Below, piece by piece: positions 1 to 7,574 of a DNA stretch of 35,266 nucleotides. This DNA comes from Pseudolysinimonas sp. (GTDB lineage Bacteria; Actinomycetota; Actinomycetes; Actinomycetales; Microbacteriaceae), in assembly GCA_039932215.1 (NCBI GenBank), contig JBDTQN010000001.1:1-35266 (forward strand), given 5' to 3'. Numbering within the stretch: the stretch's first letter is position 1; every line of letters starts with the position of its first letter. The position numbers and the translations under genes were made by a program. Below the pieces are notes generated by a model. It ran no database searches, was not told the DNA's origin, and was given only the letters and a program-made list of their open reading frames with translations.

Positions 1-80
1 CAACCCCCGGAGTCCGGCGACCAGCAATCCCGCCCGACATTCGACATTCGTAATATTCAAATGTATGAACATTAGGATTT

Positions 81-500
81 ATGAAACGCTGGTCAACGAT
101 CATGCCGCACCGAGCCTTGGTAACGAAAGAACTGGCAGAGTTTCTGGGAGTGCTCTCGCATCCGAACCGCATTCGCATTGTCGAAGAGTTGCGGGATGGA
201 GAGCATGACGTGAATTCGCTGCTGGCCGATCACGGGCTCTCGTCGTCGGACGTGTCGGCGTGGGTTGCGCACCCGGGTGGCCCGCGCGTGCTCGAAGCCT
301 TTGAGCGTGGGTTGCACCTGCAGCGCAGCGATCTCGAGGCGAGTTGGCGTTCGTTGGATGCTGTCGGCAACCTCTCGTCGTCGTCGGTTTTGCACGTGCT
401 TGCTGACATGCTCGATCAGCCCGTTGGCACCCACGGCGTATTGTTTGCGCTCGGCCCGGGCGTGACGAGCGAATACGTGCTGCTGCGCTGGGCGGCCTAA
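81..500 (+). pseudogene. Chimeric ORF: an ArsR/SmtB-type HTH N-terminal fragment (about aa 1-46) fused in frame to the last ~93 aa of a type III polyketide synthase
   Basis: ELAEFLGVLSHPNRIRIVEELRDGEHDVNSL looks like the start of an ArsR-family HTH. From about aa 47, LLADHGLSSSDVSAWVAHPGGPRVLEA...GNLSSSSVLHVL...ALGPGVTSEYVLLRW is the conserved type III PKS C-terminus (His in HPGG, Asn in GNLSS). The Cys-bearing N-terminal domain is absent. Codon usage and GC switch near nt 220. Confidence 0.6.
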
Positions 501-516
501 CCGTGGCACGGCATCC

Positions 517-1056
517 GTGACCCCGTCCCTGAGCGTCGTCTTGTTCACGGTGTTCATCCTGCTCACCGGGGCGGAGCGCATTGTCGAGCTCTTCACTTCT
601 CGGAGAAACGCTGCGCTGGCTTTTGCCCGTGGAGGAGTGGAGTCCGGTCGCGGACACTTCCCGGCAATGGTCGCGCTGCACACCGGGCTGCTGGTCGGCG
701 CACTCGCCGAGGTGTGGCTGCTCGGACGGCCGTTCATTGCGCTGCTGGGCTGGCCCGCCTTCGCGGTCGCGGTGCTGTGCCAGGTCGGCCGGATCTGGAT
801 CATTCGCTCGCTCGGATCGCAATGGAACACCCGCATCATCGTCATCCCCGGCGTTCAGCTGTCGCGGCGGGGGCCGTATCGCTGGCGGCGCCTGCCCCAT
901 CCGAACTACGTGCTCGTCGCCGTTGAGGGCCTCGCGATCCCCCTCGTCCACACCGCCTGGATCACCGCAGCGGTGTTCGCGGTACTCAACGCCGTCCTGC
1001 TGATCGGGTTCCGGATCCCCGCGGAGGACCGGGCACTACAGGCGGCGGTGCGCTGA
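517..1056 (+). CDS. ICMT-family (isoprenylcysteine carboxyl methyltransferase-like) membrane methyltransferase, SrsB-like
   Basis: 179-aa ORF with GTG start and several hydrophobic segments. The C-terminal RRGPYRWRRLPHPNYVLVAVEGLAIPLV resembles the ICMT/PEMT signature. It sits directly after the type III PKS remnant, as in phenolic-lipid cassettes. Confidence 0.8.
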   Translation: MTPSLSVVLFTVFILLTGAERIVELFTSRRNAALAFARGGVESGRGHFPAMVALHTGLLVGALAEVWLLGRPFIALLGWPAFAVAVLCQVGRIWIIRSLGSQWNTRIIVIPGVQLSRRGPYRWRRLPHPNYVLVAVEGLAIPLVHTAWITAAVFAVLNAVLLIGFRIPAEDRALQAAVR

Positions 1057-1131
1057 TGGCCGGGGTGCGCTGATGGCTGCGGTGCACTGATGGCTGCGGT
1101 GCGCTAATGGCCGGGGTGCGCTGATGGCCCG
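1047..1131. repeat. Five head-to-tail copies of a 17-bp unit (GGTGCGCTGATGGCnnn)
   Basis: Units start at 1047, 1064, 1081, 1098 and 1115, with 1-3 substitutions per copy. Copy 1 holds the TGA stop of the methyltransferase (1054-1056). Copy 5 holds the ATG of the oxidoreductase (1124-1126). Confidence 0.95.
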
Positions 1132-2152
1132 CGAGACGCAGCTGTTGGTTGCCGGGAGCGGGCCGGTCGGATTGGCTGCCGCCATCGAGGCGCGGCTCGC
1201 CGGGCTCGACGTGGTCGTCATCGAACCCCGGAACGGACCCATCGACAAGGCTTGCGGCGAGGGCCTGATGCCGGGGGCGATCCCCGCGCTCGAACGTCTC
1301 GGTGTGCACCCGCGCGGATTTCCGCTGCGCGGTGTCGATTACCGCGACGAGCATCGCAACGTCTCGCACCGGTTCGTCGCCGGCAACGGGCTGGGAGTGC
1401 GGCGCACCATGCTCCACACCGCACTTCATGCACGAGCGGAGGAACTCGGAGCGCGATTCGTGCAGGGTCGAGTGGAGTCGGTCGCACAGGATCGGGTCGG
1501 TGTCGACGCCGCCGGATTCCACGCCGACTGGCTGCTTGCCGCCGACGGGCTGCATTCGCAGGTTGCGCGCGAGGTCGGGTTGGCGATGCCAGCGCCATCC
1601 GCCCGTCGTCGGTATGGCCAACGCCGCCACTACCGGGTCGAGCCGTGGTCTGATCTGATCGAGGTGCACTGGACCCGCGTTGGCGAGATCTACGTGACCC
1701 CCATCGCGGATGGGGTGGTCGGGTTGGCGGTGCTGGCGCGGCAGGGTGTCCAGTTCGACGACGCCCTGGCCGCGGCACCGCAACTCGCCGCACGGGTGCG
1801 GCACGCGGAGCCGGCCAGCGAGTTGCGCGGGGCCGGACCGTTTCGGCAGCGGACGCGGGCGCGAGTGGCGGGACGCACGATGTTGCTGGGCGACGCCTCC
1901 GGCTATGTTGACGCGCTGACCGGGGAGGGGATCCGCATCGGACTGGAGCAGGCGCGGGCCGCGGTAGCGGCCACGCAGAGCGGCGACCCGTCGAGGTACG
2001 AGAAGGACTGGCATCGCGTCACGCGCGACTTCCGGCGCCTGACCGGAGCAATCGTGTGGCTCGCGACCTCGCCCCTGCGCCCCGCGATCGTGCCCATCGC
2101 CAAGGCGGCCCCCGGAATCTTCGAGGGCGCGGTGGAGCGCCTCGCCCGCTAG
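1124..2152 (+). CDS. FAD-dependent oxidoreductase (geranylgeranyl-reductase / aromatic hydroxylase family), SrsC-like
   Basis: N-terminal dinucleotide fold LVAGSGPVGLAAAIEARLAGLDVVVIE. Later GD motif LLGDASGYVDALTGEGI. It is the third gene of the PKS-methyltransferase-oxidoreductase arrangement. Confidence 0.8.
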   Translation: MARETQLLVAGSGPVGLAAAIEARLAGLDVVVIEPRNGPIDKACGEGLMPGAIPALERLGVHPRGFPLRGVDYRDEHRNVSHRFVAGNGLGVRRTMLHTALHARAEELGARFVQGRVESVAQDRVGVDAAGFHADWLLAADGLHSQVAREVGLAMPAPSARRRYGQRRHYRVEPWSDLIEVHWTRVGEIYVTPIADGVVGLAVLARQGVQFDDALAAAPQLAARVRHAEPASELRGAGPFRQRTRARVAGRTMLLGDASGYVDALTGEGIRIGLEQARAAVAATQSGDPSRYEKDWHRVTRDFRRLTGAIVWLATSPLRPAIVPIAKAAPGIFEGAVERLAR

Positions 2153-2805
2153 AGCCCGAGCAGCCCCATCAGCTGGTCAGCGTCGTCGGCGACCGCCACC
2201 GCACCCGCCGCCTCGGTCGGCGTGCCGTAGCCCCAGGTCACGTAGATGGTGGGCACACCGTTCGCGGCCGCGCCCTCGATGTCGTGGATCCGGTCGCCGA
2301 TCATGATGGTGCGCGAAAGGTCCGCACCGTCGGAACTCAACCGGCGCAGGGCCTCGGCAATCACATCCGCCTTCTTGCTTCGGGTCTCGTCAGCGCTGGC
2401 GCCGGTCAGCTCGTCGAAGTACTTCACCAGGTCGTAGTGCTGCAGTACCAAGGTCGCGGGCTTCTCGGGCTTCGATGTCGCCAGCGACATCGGCAGGTCA
2501 GCCCCGTGAACCGCCTGCAGCACGCCGGCAAGCCCGGGGTAGACGCTCGCGTCGAAGACGCCGGTCTCGAGGTAGAGCGGCCGATAGATGCCGAGCGCGC
2601 GCTCGGAGGTCTCGTCATCGAATCCGGCGAGATCGCGGAACGAATCCAGGATGGGTGGGCCAACATAGGCGAGCAGCTCAGCTGGCGGGGGCACGGGGAG
2701 GCCCATGCGCTCGAACGTGGCGGCGAGTGTCGCGGTGATACCGGGAGCCGAGTCGACGATCGTGCCGTCGAGGTCGAACAGCACGGCGGTGAACGGGCTG
2801 GCCAT
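2149..2805 (-). CDS. HAD-superfamily hydrolase, phosphoglycolate-phosphatase-like
   Basis: Motif I is FDLDGTIVDS. Motif II is Ser/Thr in LATSKPE. Motif IV is MIGDRIHDIEGA. 218 aa. Confidence 0.85.
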   Translation of the reverse strand: MASPFTAVLFDLDGTIVDSAPGITATLAATFERMGLPVPPPAELLAYVGPPILDSFRDLAGFDDETSERALGIYRPLYLETGVFDASVYPGLAGVLQAVHGADLPMSLATSKPEKPATLVLQHYDLVKYFDELTGASADETRSKKADVIAEALRRLSSDGADLSRTIMIGDRIHDIEGAAANGVPTIYVTWGYGTPTEAAGAVAVADDADQLMGLLGL

Positions 2806-2812
2806 CTGGCTC

Positions 2813-2818
2813 AGACTA
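2813..2818 (-). promoter_or_regulatory. Candidate -10 hexamer TAGTCT placed 7 nt upstream of the HAD hydrolase ATG (leaderless geometry)
   Basis: The minus strand reads TAGTCT-GAGCCAG-ATG. There is no Shine-Dalgarno between the hexamer and the start. Confidence 0.4.
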
Positions 2819-2828
2819 CTCGGGCGAC

Positions 2829-2834
2829 TAGCCT
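2829..2834 (+). promoter_or_regulatory. Candidate -10 hexamer TAGCCT placed 7 nt upstream of the ATG at 2842 (leaderless geometry)
   Basis: The sequence reads TAGCCT-TGGCCGC-ATG. This supports 2842 as the true start inside the long 2056..3318 ORF. Confidence 0.4.
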
Positions 2835-2841
2835 TGGCCGC

Positions 2842-3318
2842 ATGAGCGAGAGCACACCGGCCGCGGCCGCCCCCAGTTCGTCTGCCAGCGCCGCCGCCAC
2901 GTCGAGGCCGCCGGCCGCGTCGGCCCCGACCACCGCATCCGCCGCTAAACCGACCGAGAAGGTCATGCCGCGTGGCTCGTCCACGAGCGTGCTGTTCACG
3001 ATCGCGGTGGTGCTGTCATCGGTGGTGTTCGCGGTTCCGGTGACGGTGTCGCGCGTCGTCGAGGGGATCCTCGACAGCACCAACCCCGACGGCATCAAAG
3101 ACACCGGCGCTGGCCTGGCGTACCTCGGGCCGATCCTCGGCTGGAGTTTCGGCTCGCTGGGTGTGCTGTTTTTGCTCGTGATCGTCGTCTACGTGGTGAT
3201 CTACCGCCGCGAACGCACCCTCGACGCGCTCAAGCTGCCGCTGCTGCTGGTGGCGATCCAGATCGTGCTGGGCGTCATGTCGATCATCTTCAACGCGTTC
3301 ACGAACGGTTCGCGCTAG
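2842..3318 (+). CDS. Hypothetical integral membrane protein with an Ala/Ser/Pro-rich N-terminal tail
   Basis: Only the 3' third of ORF 2056..3318 is free of the HAD gene on the other strand. The translation from MSESTPAAAAP... has a low-complexity head and 3-4 clear hydrophobic helices (VLFTIAVVLSSVVFAV, GSLGVLFLLVIVVYVVIY, LLLVAIQIVLGVMSIIF). Confidence 0.55.
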   Translation: MSESTPAAAAPSSSASAAATSRPPAASAPTTASAAKPTEKVMPRGSSTSVLFTIAVVLSSVVFAVPVTVSRVVEGILDSTNPDGIKDTGAGLAYLGPILGWSFGSLGVLFLLVIVVYVVIYRRERTLDALKLPLLLVAIQIVLGVMSIIFNAFTNGSR

Positions 3319-3384
3319 CCGCGCCGCCCGCTCGCGCTGGCCGCGCCGCCGAAACTGCGGACCGCCGCCGCCGTTGCGGCGGCG

Positions 3385-3518
3385 CAGACCCGTTGTGGGG
3401 GCGCGGGGCAGAGCTGTGGGGGCGCGGGGGCAGACCCGTTGTGGGGGCGCGGGGCAGAGCTGTGGGGGCGGCGGGGCAGAGCTGTGGGGGCGCGGGTCAG
3501 AGTTGTGGGGGCGCGGGT
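3385..3518. repeat. Six tandem 21-24-bp units (CAGAGCTGTGGGGGCGCGGGG type) with a 46-bp higher-order duplication
   Basis: Units are at 3385-3408, 3409-3430, 3431-3454, 3455-3476, 3477-3497 and 3498-3518. Units 1+2 are repeated as units 3+4. The array ends exactly on the nucS stop (TCA at 3518-3520 on the + strand). It contains 12 runs of 3-5 G on the + strand. Confidence 0.95.
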
Positions 3519-4213
3519 CAGAACAGCCGGTTCTCCGACATGTCGAGCCCGCGCATCGCGTCATAATCCAGCAGCAGGCATCGGATGCCGCGGTCGGTGG
3601 CCAGCGTGCGTGCCTGCGGTTTGATCTCTTGCGCCGCAAACACGCCCGTGACCGGGGCCAGCAGCGGGTCGCGGTTCATCAGCTCGAGGTAGCGGGTCAG
3701 CTGCTCGACGCCGTCGATGTCGCCCCGCCGCTTGATTTCGACGGCCACGGAAGCCCCCATCGCATCCCGAGCCAGGATGTCGACCGGCCCGATCGCCGTC
3801 ATGTACTCCCGCCGAACCAGGGTGTGGCCGTCGCCGAGCAGCTCGATCTGCTCGGCGAGCAGGCGTTGCAGGTCGGCCTCGACGCCATCTTTCTGCAGGC
3901 CGGGGTCGACGCCGAGGTCGTGCTGTGAATCGTGCAGGATTTCGTGGATCGAAATCACCAGCAGGTCGGCGGTCTTCACATGGGTGACGCGCCAGAGCTC
4001 GGTCACTCCGGCCGCGGCGCGTTCGTCATCGACGTCATCTCTGGTGAACGTGGCCGGGGGACTCATCCAGTTCAGCGGCTTGTAGCTCAGCGAGTCGGAG
4101 TGCACCAGCACACTGCCGTCGTTCTTTAGCACGAGCAGTCGGGTCGCCAGCGGAAGGTGCGCACTGAGGCGTCCGGCGTAATCCACGGAGCAGCGGGCAA
4201 CCACGAGACGCAC
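3518..4213 (-). CDS. nucS: Endonuclease NucS (EndoMS), mismatch-specific endonuclease of Actinobacteria/Archaea
   Basis: The 231-aa product starts (V)[39 protein letters not shown] and continues with a RecB-like nuclease C-terminal half (...VAVEIKRRG...). It closely resembles mycobacterial NucS as I remember it. Confidence 0.9.
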   Translation of the reverse strand: MRLVVARCSVDYAGRLSAHLPLATRLLVLKNDGSVLVHSDSLSYKPLNWMSPPATFTRDDVDDERAAAGVTELWRVTHVKTADLLVISIHEILHDSQHDLGVDPGLQKDGVEADLQRLLAEQIELLGDGHTLVRREYMTAIGPVDILARDAMGASVAVEIKRRGDIDGVEQLTRYLELMNRDPLLAPVTGVFAAQEIKPQARTLATDRGIRCLLLDYDAMRGLDMSENRLF

Positions 4214-4219
4214 CAGGCG

Positions 4220-4225
4220 AGCTTA
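4220..4225 (-). promoter_or_regulatory. Candidate -10 hexamer TAAGCT placed 6 nt upstream of the nucS GTG (leaderless geometry)
   Basis: The minus strand reads TAAGCT-CGCCTG-GTG. Confidence 0.4.
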
Positions 4226-4255
4226 ACGCCGACGGCAGGATGCGATGGTGCGGTC

Positions 4256-5491
4256 CTACGGCTGGAGTGCGTTCTCGGGCGGGGTGACCGCTGCTCTCTG
4301 CGGCTCGCGCGCGGCCGGGATGCACAGGGTGGCGACCACAATCAGCCCAAGCACGATCCACAGGGCGTTGAGAACGCCGATGTGGTCGCCAACGAATCCG
4401 ATCAGCGGCGGGCCGATCAGGAACGCCGCGTACCCGATGGTGGCGACCGCACTCACGCTGGCGGCTGCGGTGCGGGGGTTGTCGGCGGCGGCCGACATGC
4501 CCACCGGGAATCCGAGGGATGCGCCCAGTCCCCACAGCACAACCCCCGCGATCGCGATGGGGATGATCGGCACCAGGATGACGACGGCGATTCCCGCGGC
4601 AGCCGCGAGTGACGCGGTGCGCAGCACCTTTACCCGACCGAACCTGTCGAGCAGCGGCACCCCGGCAAGTCGCCCGACGGTCATGGCAACCGTGAACACC
4701 CCGAACACGAGGGCACCCTGCCCGTTGTCGAAGCCGCGATCGTCGATGAATCCGATGGCGAGCCAGTCGTTGGCGGACCCCTCGGTGAAGGCCATCCCTA
4801 GCACCAGTAGACCAATCAGAAGGGTGCGTGGGTTGACCCAGATCGACATGCGTTCGCGGAAGGTTGGTTCGCTGCCACCGCCGGCCTCATCGGCGAGGGT
4901 GTCGCCCGGTGGGATCCAGCGAACGACCGTGATCGCGACGACGATCTGCAGCACGCCGACGATGCCGAGATGGATGGCGGGGTCAAGTCCCGAGAACGCA
5001 GCCAGTGAGCCGAGGCCGGCACCGACCACGGTGCCAAAGCTCCACATGGCGTGGAACCACGGCATGATGTTGCGACCGTTCGCCCGCTCCGCGCCGGCGC
5101 CGGAGACGTTCATCGCGACATCGCAGATGCCGCTCGTCAACCCGTAGAGGGCGTAGCCGAGGAAGGCGACGGCGAAGCTGCTCAGCACGGTCGCGCCGAG
5201 TCCGATGATCATCAGGGAGACCCCGCACCCGGCGAGGAAGAAGAGGATGGTCCGGCGGCCCCCCAGCCAATGCACGACATGGCTGGACAGCACCATGCCG
5301 ACGATGGCTCCCACGGAGACGCCGAGGATCAGCACGCCCACCCCGGTGACCGAGATGTGGAGGTGGTCGCGCACGCTGGGGATCCGGCTGATCCAGGCGG
5401 CCGCACCGAAACCGTTGAGCGCGAAGACGACAAAGATCGCGTTGCGCCACGTCGGAGCGTGGGTCGGTCGGGTCGGTGCCGTGGTGCTCAT
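4256..5491 (-). CDS. MFS transporter
   Basis: 411 aa starting MSTTAPTRPTHAPTWRNAIFVVFALNGFGAAAW. About 12 hydrophobic segments are present. The rest of ORF 4256..6892 is antisense to lacI and is not part of the gene. Confidence 0.85.
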   Translation of the reverse strand: MSTTAPTRPTHAPTWRNAIFVVFALNGFGAAAWISRIPSVRDHLHISVTGVGVLILGVSVGAIVGMVLSSHVVHWLGGRRTILFFLAGCGVSLMIIGLGATVLSSFAVAFLGYALYGLTSGICDVAMNVSGAGAERANGRNIMPWFHAMWSFGTVVGAGLGSLAAFSGLDPAIHLGIVGVLQIVVAITVVRWIPPGDTLADEAGGGSEPTFRERMSIWVNPRTLLIGLLVLGMAFTEGSANDWLAIGFIDDRGFDNGQGALVFGVFTVAMTVGRLAGVPLLDRFGRVKVLRTASLAAAAGIAVVILVPIIPIAIAGVVLWGLGASLGFPVGMSAAADNPRTAAASVSAVATIGYAAFLIGPPLIGFVGDHIGVLNALWIVLGLIVVATLCIPAAREPQRAAVTPPENALQP

Positions 5492-5514
5492 GGACGCGCT
5501 CTCAGGCCGAGATG

Positions 5515-5542
5515 TCGAATCGATTCGATCGAATCGTTTCGA
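5515..5542. promoter_or_regulatory. Two abutting 14-bp LacI-type operator palindromes
   Basis: TCGAATCGATTCGA (5515-5528) is a perfect palindrome. TCGAATCGTTTCGA (5529-5542) is 12/14 symmetric. Both have the central AAnCGnTT core typical of LacI/GalR operators. They lie in the 66-bp MFS/LacI divergent spacer. Confidence 0.5.
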
Positions 5543-5557
5543 GTACGATAACAACCC

Positions 5558-6622
5558 ATGGACGACCAGGCAAGCGCGCCACGGCCGACCCTCGCCGCCG
5601 TCGCGGCGCAGGCGGGCGTCTCGGTCTCCACCGCGTCGCTCGTCTTCAGCGGACGCGGCCCGGTCTCCGATGCGACGCGCGAGCGCGTGCTCGCCGCGGC
5701 CACCGCTCTCGACTACGCCGGGCCCGACCCGACCGCCCGGTCTCTGCGCCGCGGCCGCTCGGGCGTGATCGGCGTGGTCACCGAAGACTCGCTCGCCGAC
5801 ACCTTTCGCGACCCGATGAATCTCGCGCTTCTCGACGGCATCGGCGAGGGGCTCGGCGACGAGCGGCTCGGCCTGCTGGTCATCCCGCGGGTCTCGGACC
5901 CCGGCACCGAACTCGCTGCGGCGCCGATGGATGCCGCGATCCTGCTCGGCTGCAGCACCGACGTCGCCCCCTCGGTCGCCGCACTGCGCCGGCGACGCGT
6001 ACCGGTGGTCGCCATCGAGGCCGTGCCCATGGACGACGTGATCGCGATCGACCTCGACAACCGGGACGCGAGCCGTCGCGGTGCCGAGCATCTGGCGCAG
6101 CTGGGTCACCGACGGGTGGCGGTGGTGACGCTTCCGCTCGATGCGGCGCGCACCCGCGGCGAGGTCACCCCTGCGCGCATGGCGACCTCGGCCGCGCACA
6201 CCACCCTCGAGCGCCTCGGCGGGGTGCGGGAGGTGCTGCCCGACGCGGTGGCGTTCTCGGCGAGCGGGAGCACGGTCGACGAGGGGGCGAGGATCGCGCG
6301 CCTGCTGCTCGATGTTCCGGCGGGCGAGCGGCCGACCGCGATCGTCGCGCAGAGCGATCTGCTGGCGGTCGGGGTGCTGCGCGTCGCCGACGAGCTGGGC
6401 ATCGCCGTGCCCGCCGAGCTGAGCGTGATCGGCTTCGACGGGGTGCGACTCGAGGGGGCGATCGACGGAGTGCTGACGACGCTGGTGCAGCCGGCGATCG
6501 AGAAGGGCCGGCTGGCGGCTGAGGCGGTGCTCGCCGCCCTCGCGGGACGCGCGGGCACCCCGGTACTGCTGCACAGCGAGCTGCGCATCGGGACGACGAC
6601 GGGGCCGGCCCCGGCATCCTGA
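5558..6622 (+). CDS. LacI-family transcriptional regulator
   Basis: N-terminal HTH is PTLAAVAAQAGVSVSTASLVFSG. A periplasmic-binding-protein-like sugar-binding fold follows. It is divergent from the MFS gene. Confidence 0.9.
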   Translation: MDDQASAPRPTLAAVAAQAGVSVSTASLVFSGRGPVSDATRERVLAAATALDYAGPDPTARSLRRGRSGVIGVVTEDSLADTFRDPMNLALLDGIGEGLGDERLGLLVIPRVSDPGTELAAAPMDAAILLGCSTDVAPSVAALRRRRVPVVAIEAVPMDDVIAIDLDNRDASRRGAEHLAQLGHRRVAVVTLPLDAARTRGEVTPARMATSAAHTTLERLGGVREVLPDAVAFSASGSTVDEGARIARLLLDVPAGERPTAIVAQSDLLAVGVLRVADELGIAVPAELSVIGFDGVRLEGAIDGVLTTLVQPAIEKGRLAAEAVLAALAGRAGTPVLLHSELRIGTTTGPAPAS

Positions 6623-6631
6623 TTCGCTATC

Positions 6632-6660
6632 TTCACAAACTTGTGAAAGAAGCGTACGCT
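6632..6660 (+). promoter_or_regulatory. Candidate promoter and operator of the ABC operon
   Basis: -35 TTCACA (6632-6637), a 17-nt spacer, then -10 TACGCT (6655-6660), 8 nt before the ATG. An inverted repeat TTCACAA-AC-TTGTGAA (6632-6647) overlaps the -35. Confidence 0.35.
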
Positions 6661-6668
6661 CGCTCGTC

Positions 6669-7574
6669 ATGACGACAGTGATCGAGGTCCAGGACCTCGT
6701 CAAGACCTTCGGCCGCACGCGTGCCCTCGACGGGCTCGACCTCAGCGTGGACGAAGGTGAAGTGCACGGCTTTCTCGGGCCGAACGGTTCGGGCAAGTCG
6801 ACGACCATCCGGGTGCTGCTCGGGATGCTGCGCCGGCGAAGCGGGCACGCGACGGTTTTCGGCCGCGACCCCTGGCGCGACGCCGTGACCATCCACCGCG
6901 ACGTGGCCTACGTGCCCGGAGACGTCAGCCTCTGGCCGAACCTCTCTGGTGGCGAGACGATCGACTTTCTGACGCGCCTGCGTGGCGGGGCCGACGCAGG
7001 GCTGCGCGCGAGCCTCCTGAAGGACTTCGACCTCGACCCGAAGAAGAAGGGCCGCAGCTATTCGAAGGGCAACAGGCAGAAGGTCGCTCTGGTCGCCGCC
7101 TTCGCCCGGCCCGCCCGGCTGTACATCTTCGACGAGCCGACCAGCGGGCTCGACCCGGTGATGGAGTCGGTGTTCCGGGCGCACGTCGAACGGGTGCAGC
7201 AGGGCGGCGCGACCGTGCTGCTGTCGAGCCACATCCTGAGCGAGGTCGAGCAACTCTGTGACCGGGTCACGATCGTGCGGGCGGGCAAGGCCGTCGAGAC
7301 CGGCACCCTGCGCGAGATGCGGCACCTGACGCGCACCAGCTTCCGGGTCGCGACCGGGGCGAGACTCGCCGATGTGCAGAAGCTCGCCGGCGTGCACGAC
7401 GCCCGCGCCGAGGCGGACGCCCTCGTCTTCGATGCCGACACCACGGCGGTGAACGACGTGCTCGCGGCACTGACGAAGGCGGGCGTGAGCTCGCTCACCG
7501 TCTCGCCGCCGTCGCTCGAAGACCTTTTCTTGCGCCACTACGGCGACACGATCGACGCCGAGCCGGCAGCCTGA
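6669..7574 (+). CDS. ABC transporter ATP-binding protein
   Basis: Walker A is GPNGSGKST. Signature-like YSKGNRQKV. Walker B is LYIFDEPTSGLD. Confidence 0.9.
   Translation: MTTVIEVQDLVKTFGRTRALDGLDLSVDEGEVHGFLGPNGSGKSTTIRVLLGMLRRRSGHATVFGRDPWRDAVTIHRDVAYVPGDVSLWPNLSGGETIDFLTRLRGGADAGLRASLLKDFDLDPKKKGRSYSKGNRQKVALVAAFARPARLYIFDEPTSGLDPVMESVFRAHVERVQQGGATVLLSSHILSEVEQLCDRVTIVRAGKAVETGTLREMRHLTRTSFRVATGARLADVQKLAGVHDARAEADALVFDADTTAVNDVLAALTKAGVSSLTVSPPSLEDLFLRHYGDTIDAEPAA

Noticed and set aside
212-217. The GAATTC (EcoRI) site exactly at the ArsR/PKS junction as a sign of a cloning or assembly artefact
   Set aside because: A single hexamer in a ~47 percent GC patch is not statistically remarkable. 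The reading frame and downstream operon are otherwise natural-looking. This cannot be decided from the sequence alone. A chimeric assembly remains a formal alternative, to be checked against raw reads.
81-2152. An active type III PKS biosynthetic gene cluster
   Set aside because: The PKS ORF retains only ~93 C-terminal residues and lacks the catalytic-Cys domain. As it stands, the cassette cannot make a polyketide unless another PKS acts in trans.
2056-3318. A 420-aa + strand ORF
   Set aside because: Its first two thirds are antisense to the well-supported HAD hydrolase. Only the part from ATG 2842 is kept. That start has a -10-like hexamer 7 nt upstream and a membrane-protein-like translation.
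3385-3518. Possible CRISPR array, because of the regular ~21-24-bp repeats
   Set aside because: The units are directly adjacent with no unique spacers. The period is far too short and no cas genes are nearby. It is a plain tandem (minisatellite-like) repeat.
4256-6892. An 878-aa minus-strand ORF from the track
   Set aside because: Only the 3' 411 codons (4256-5491) look like a protein, an MFS transporter. The upstream part is Arg/Pro/Gly-rich antisense shadow of lacI and the ABC ATPase gene, as expected in very GC-rich DNA.
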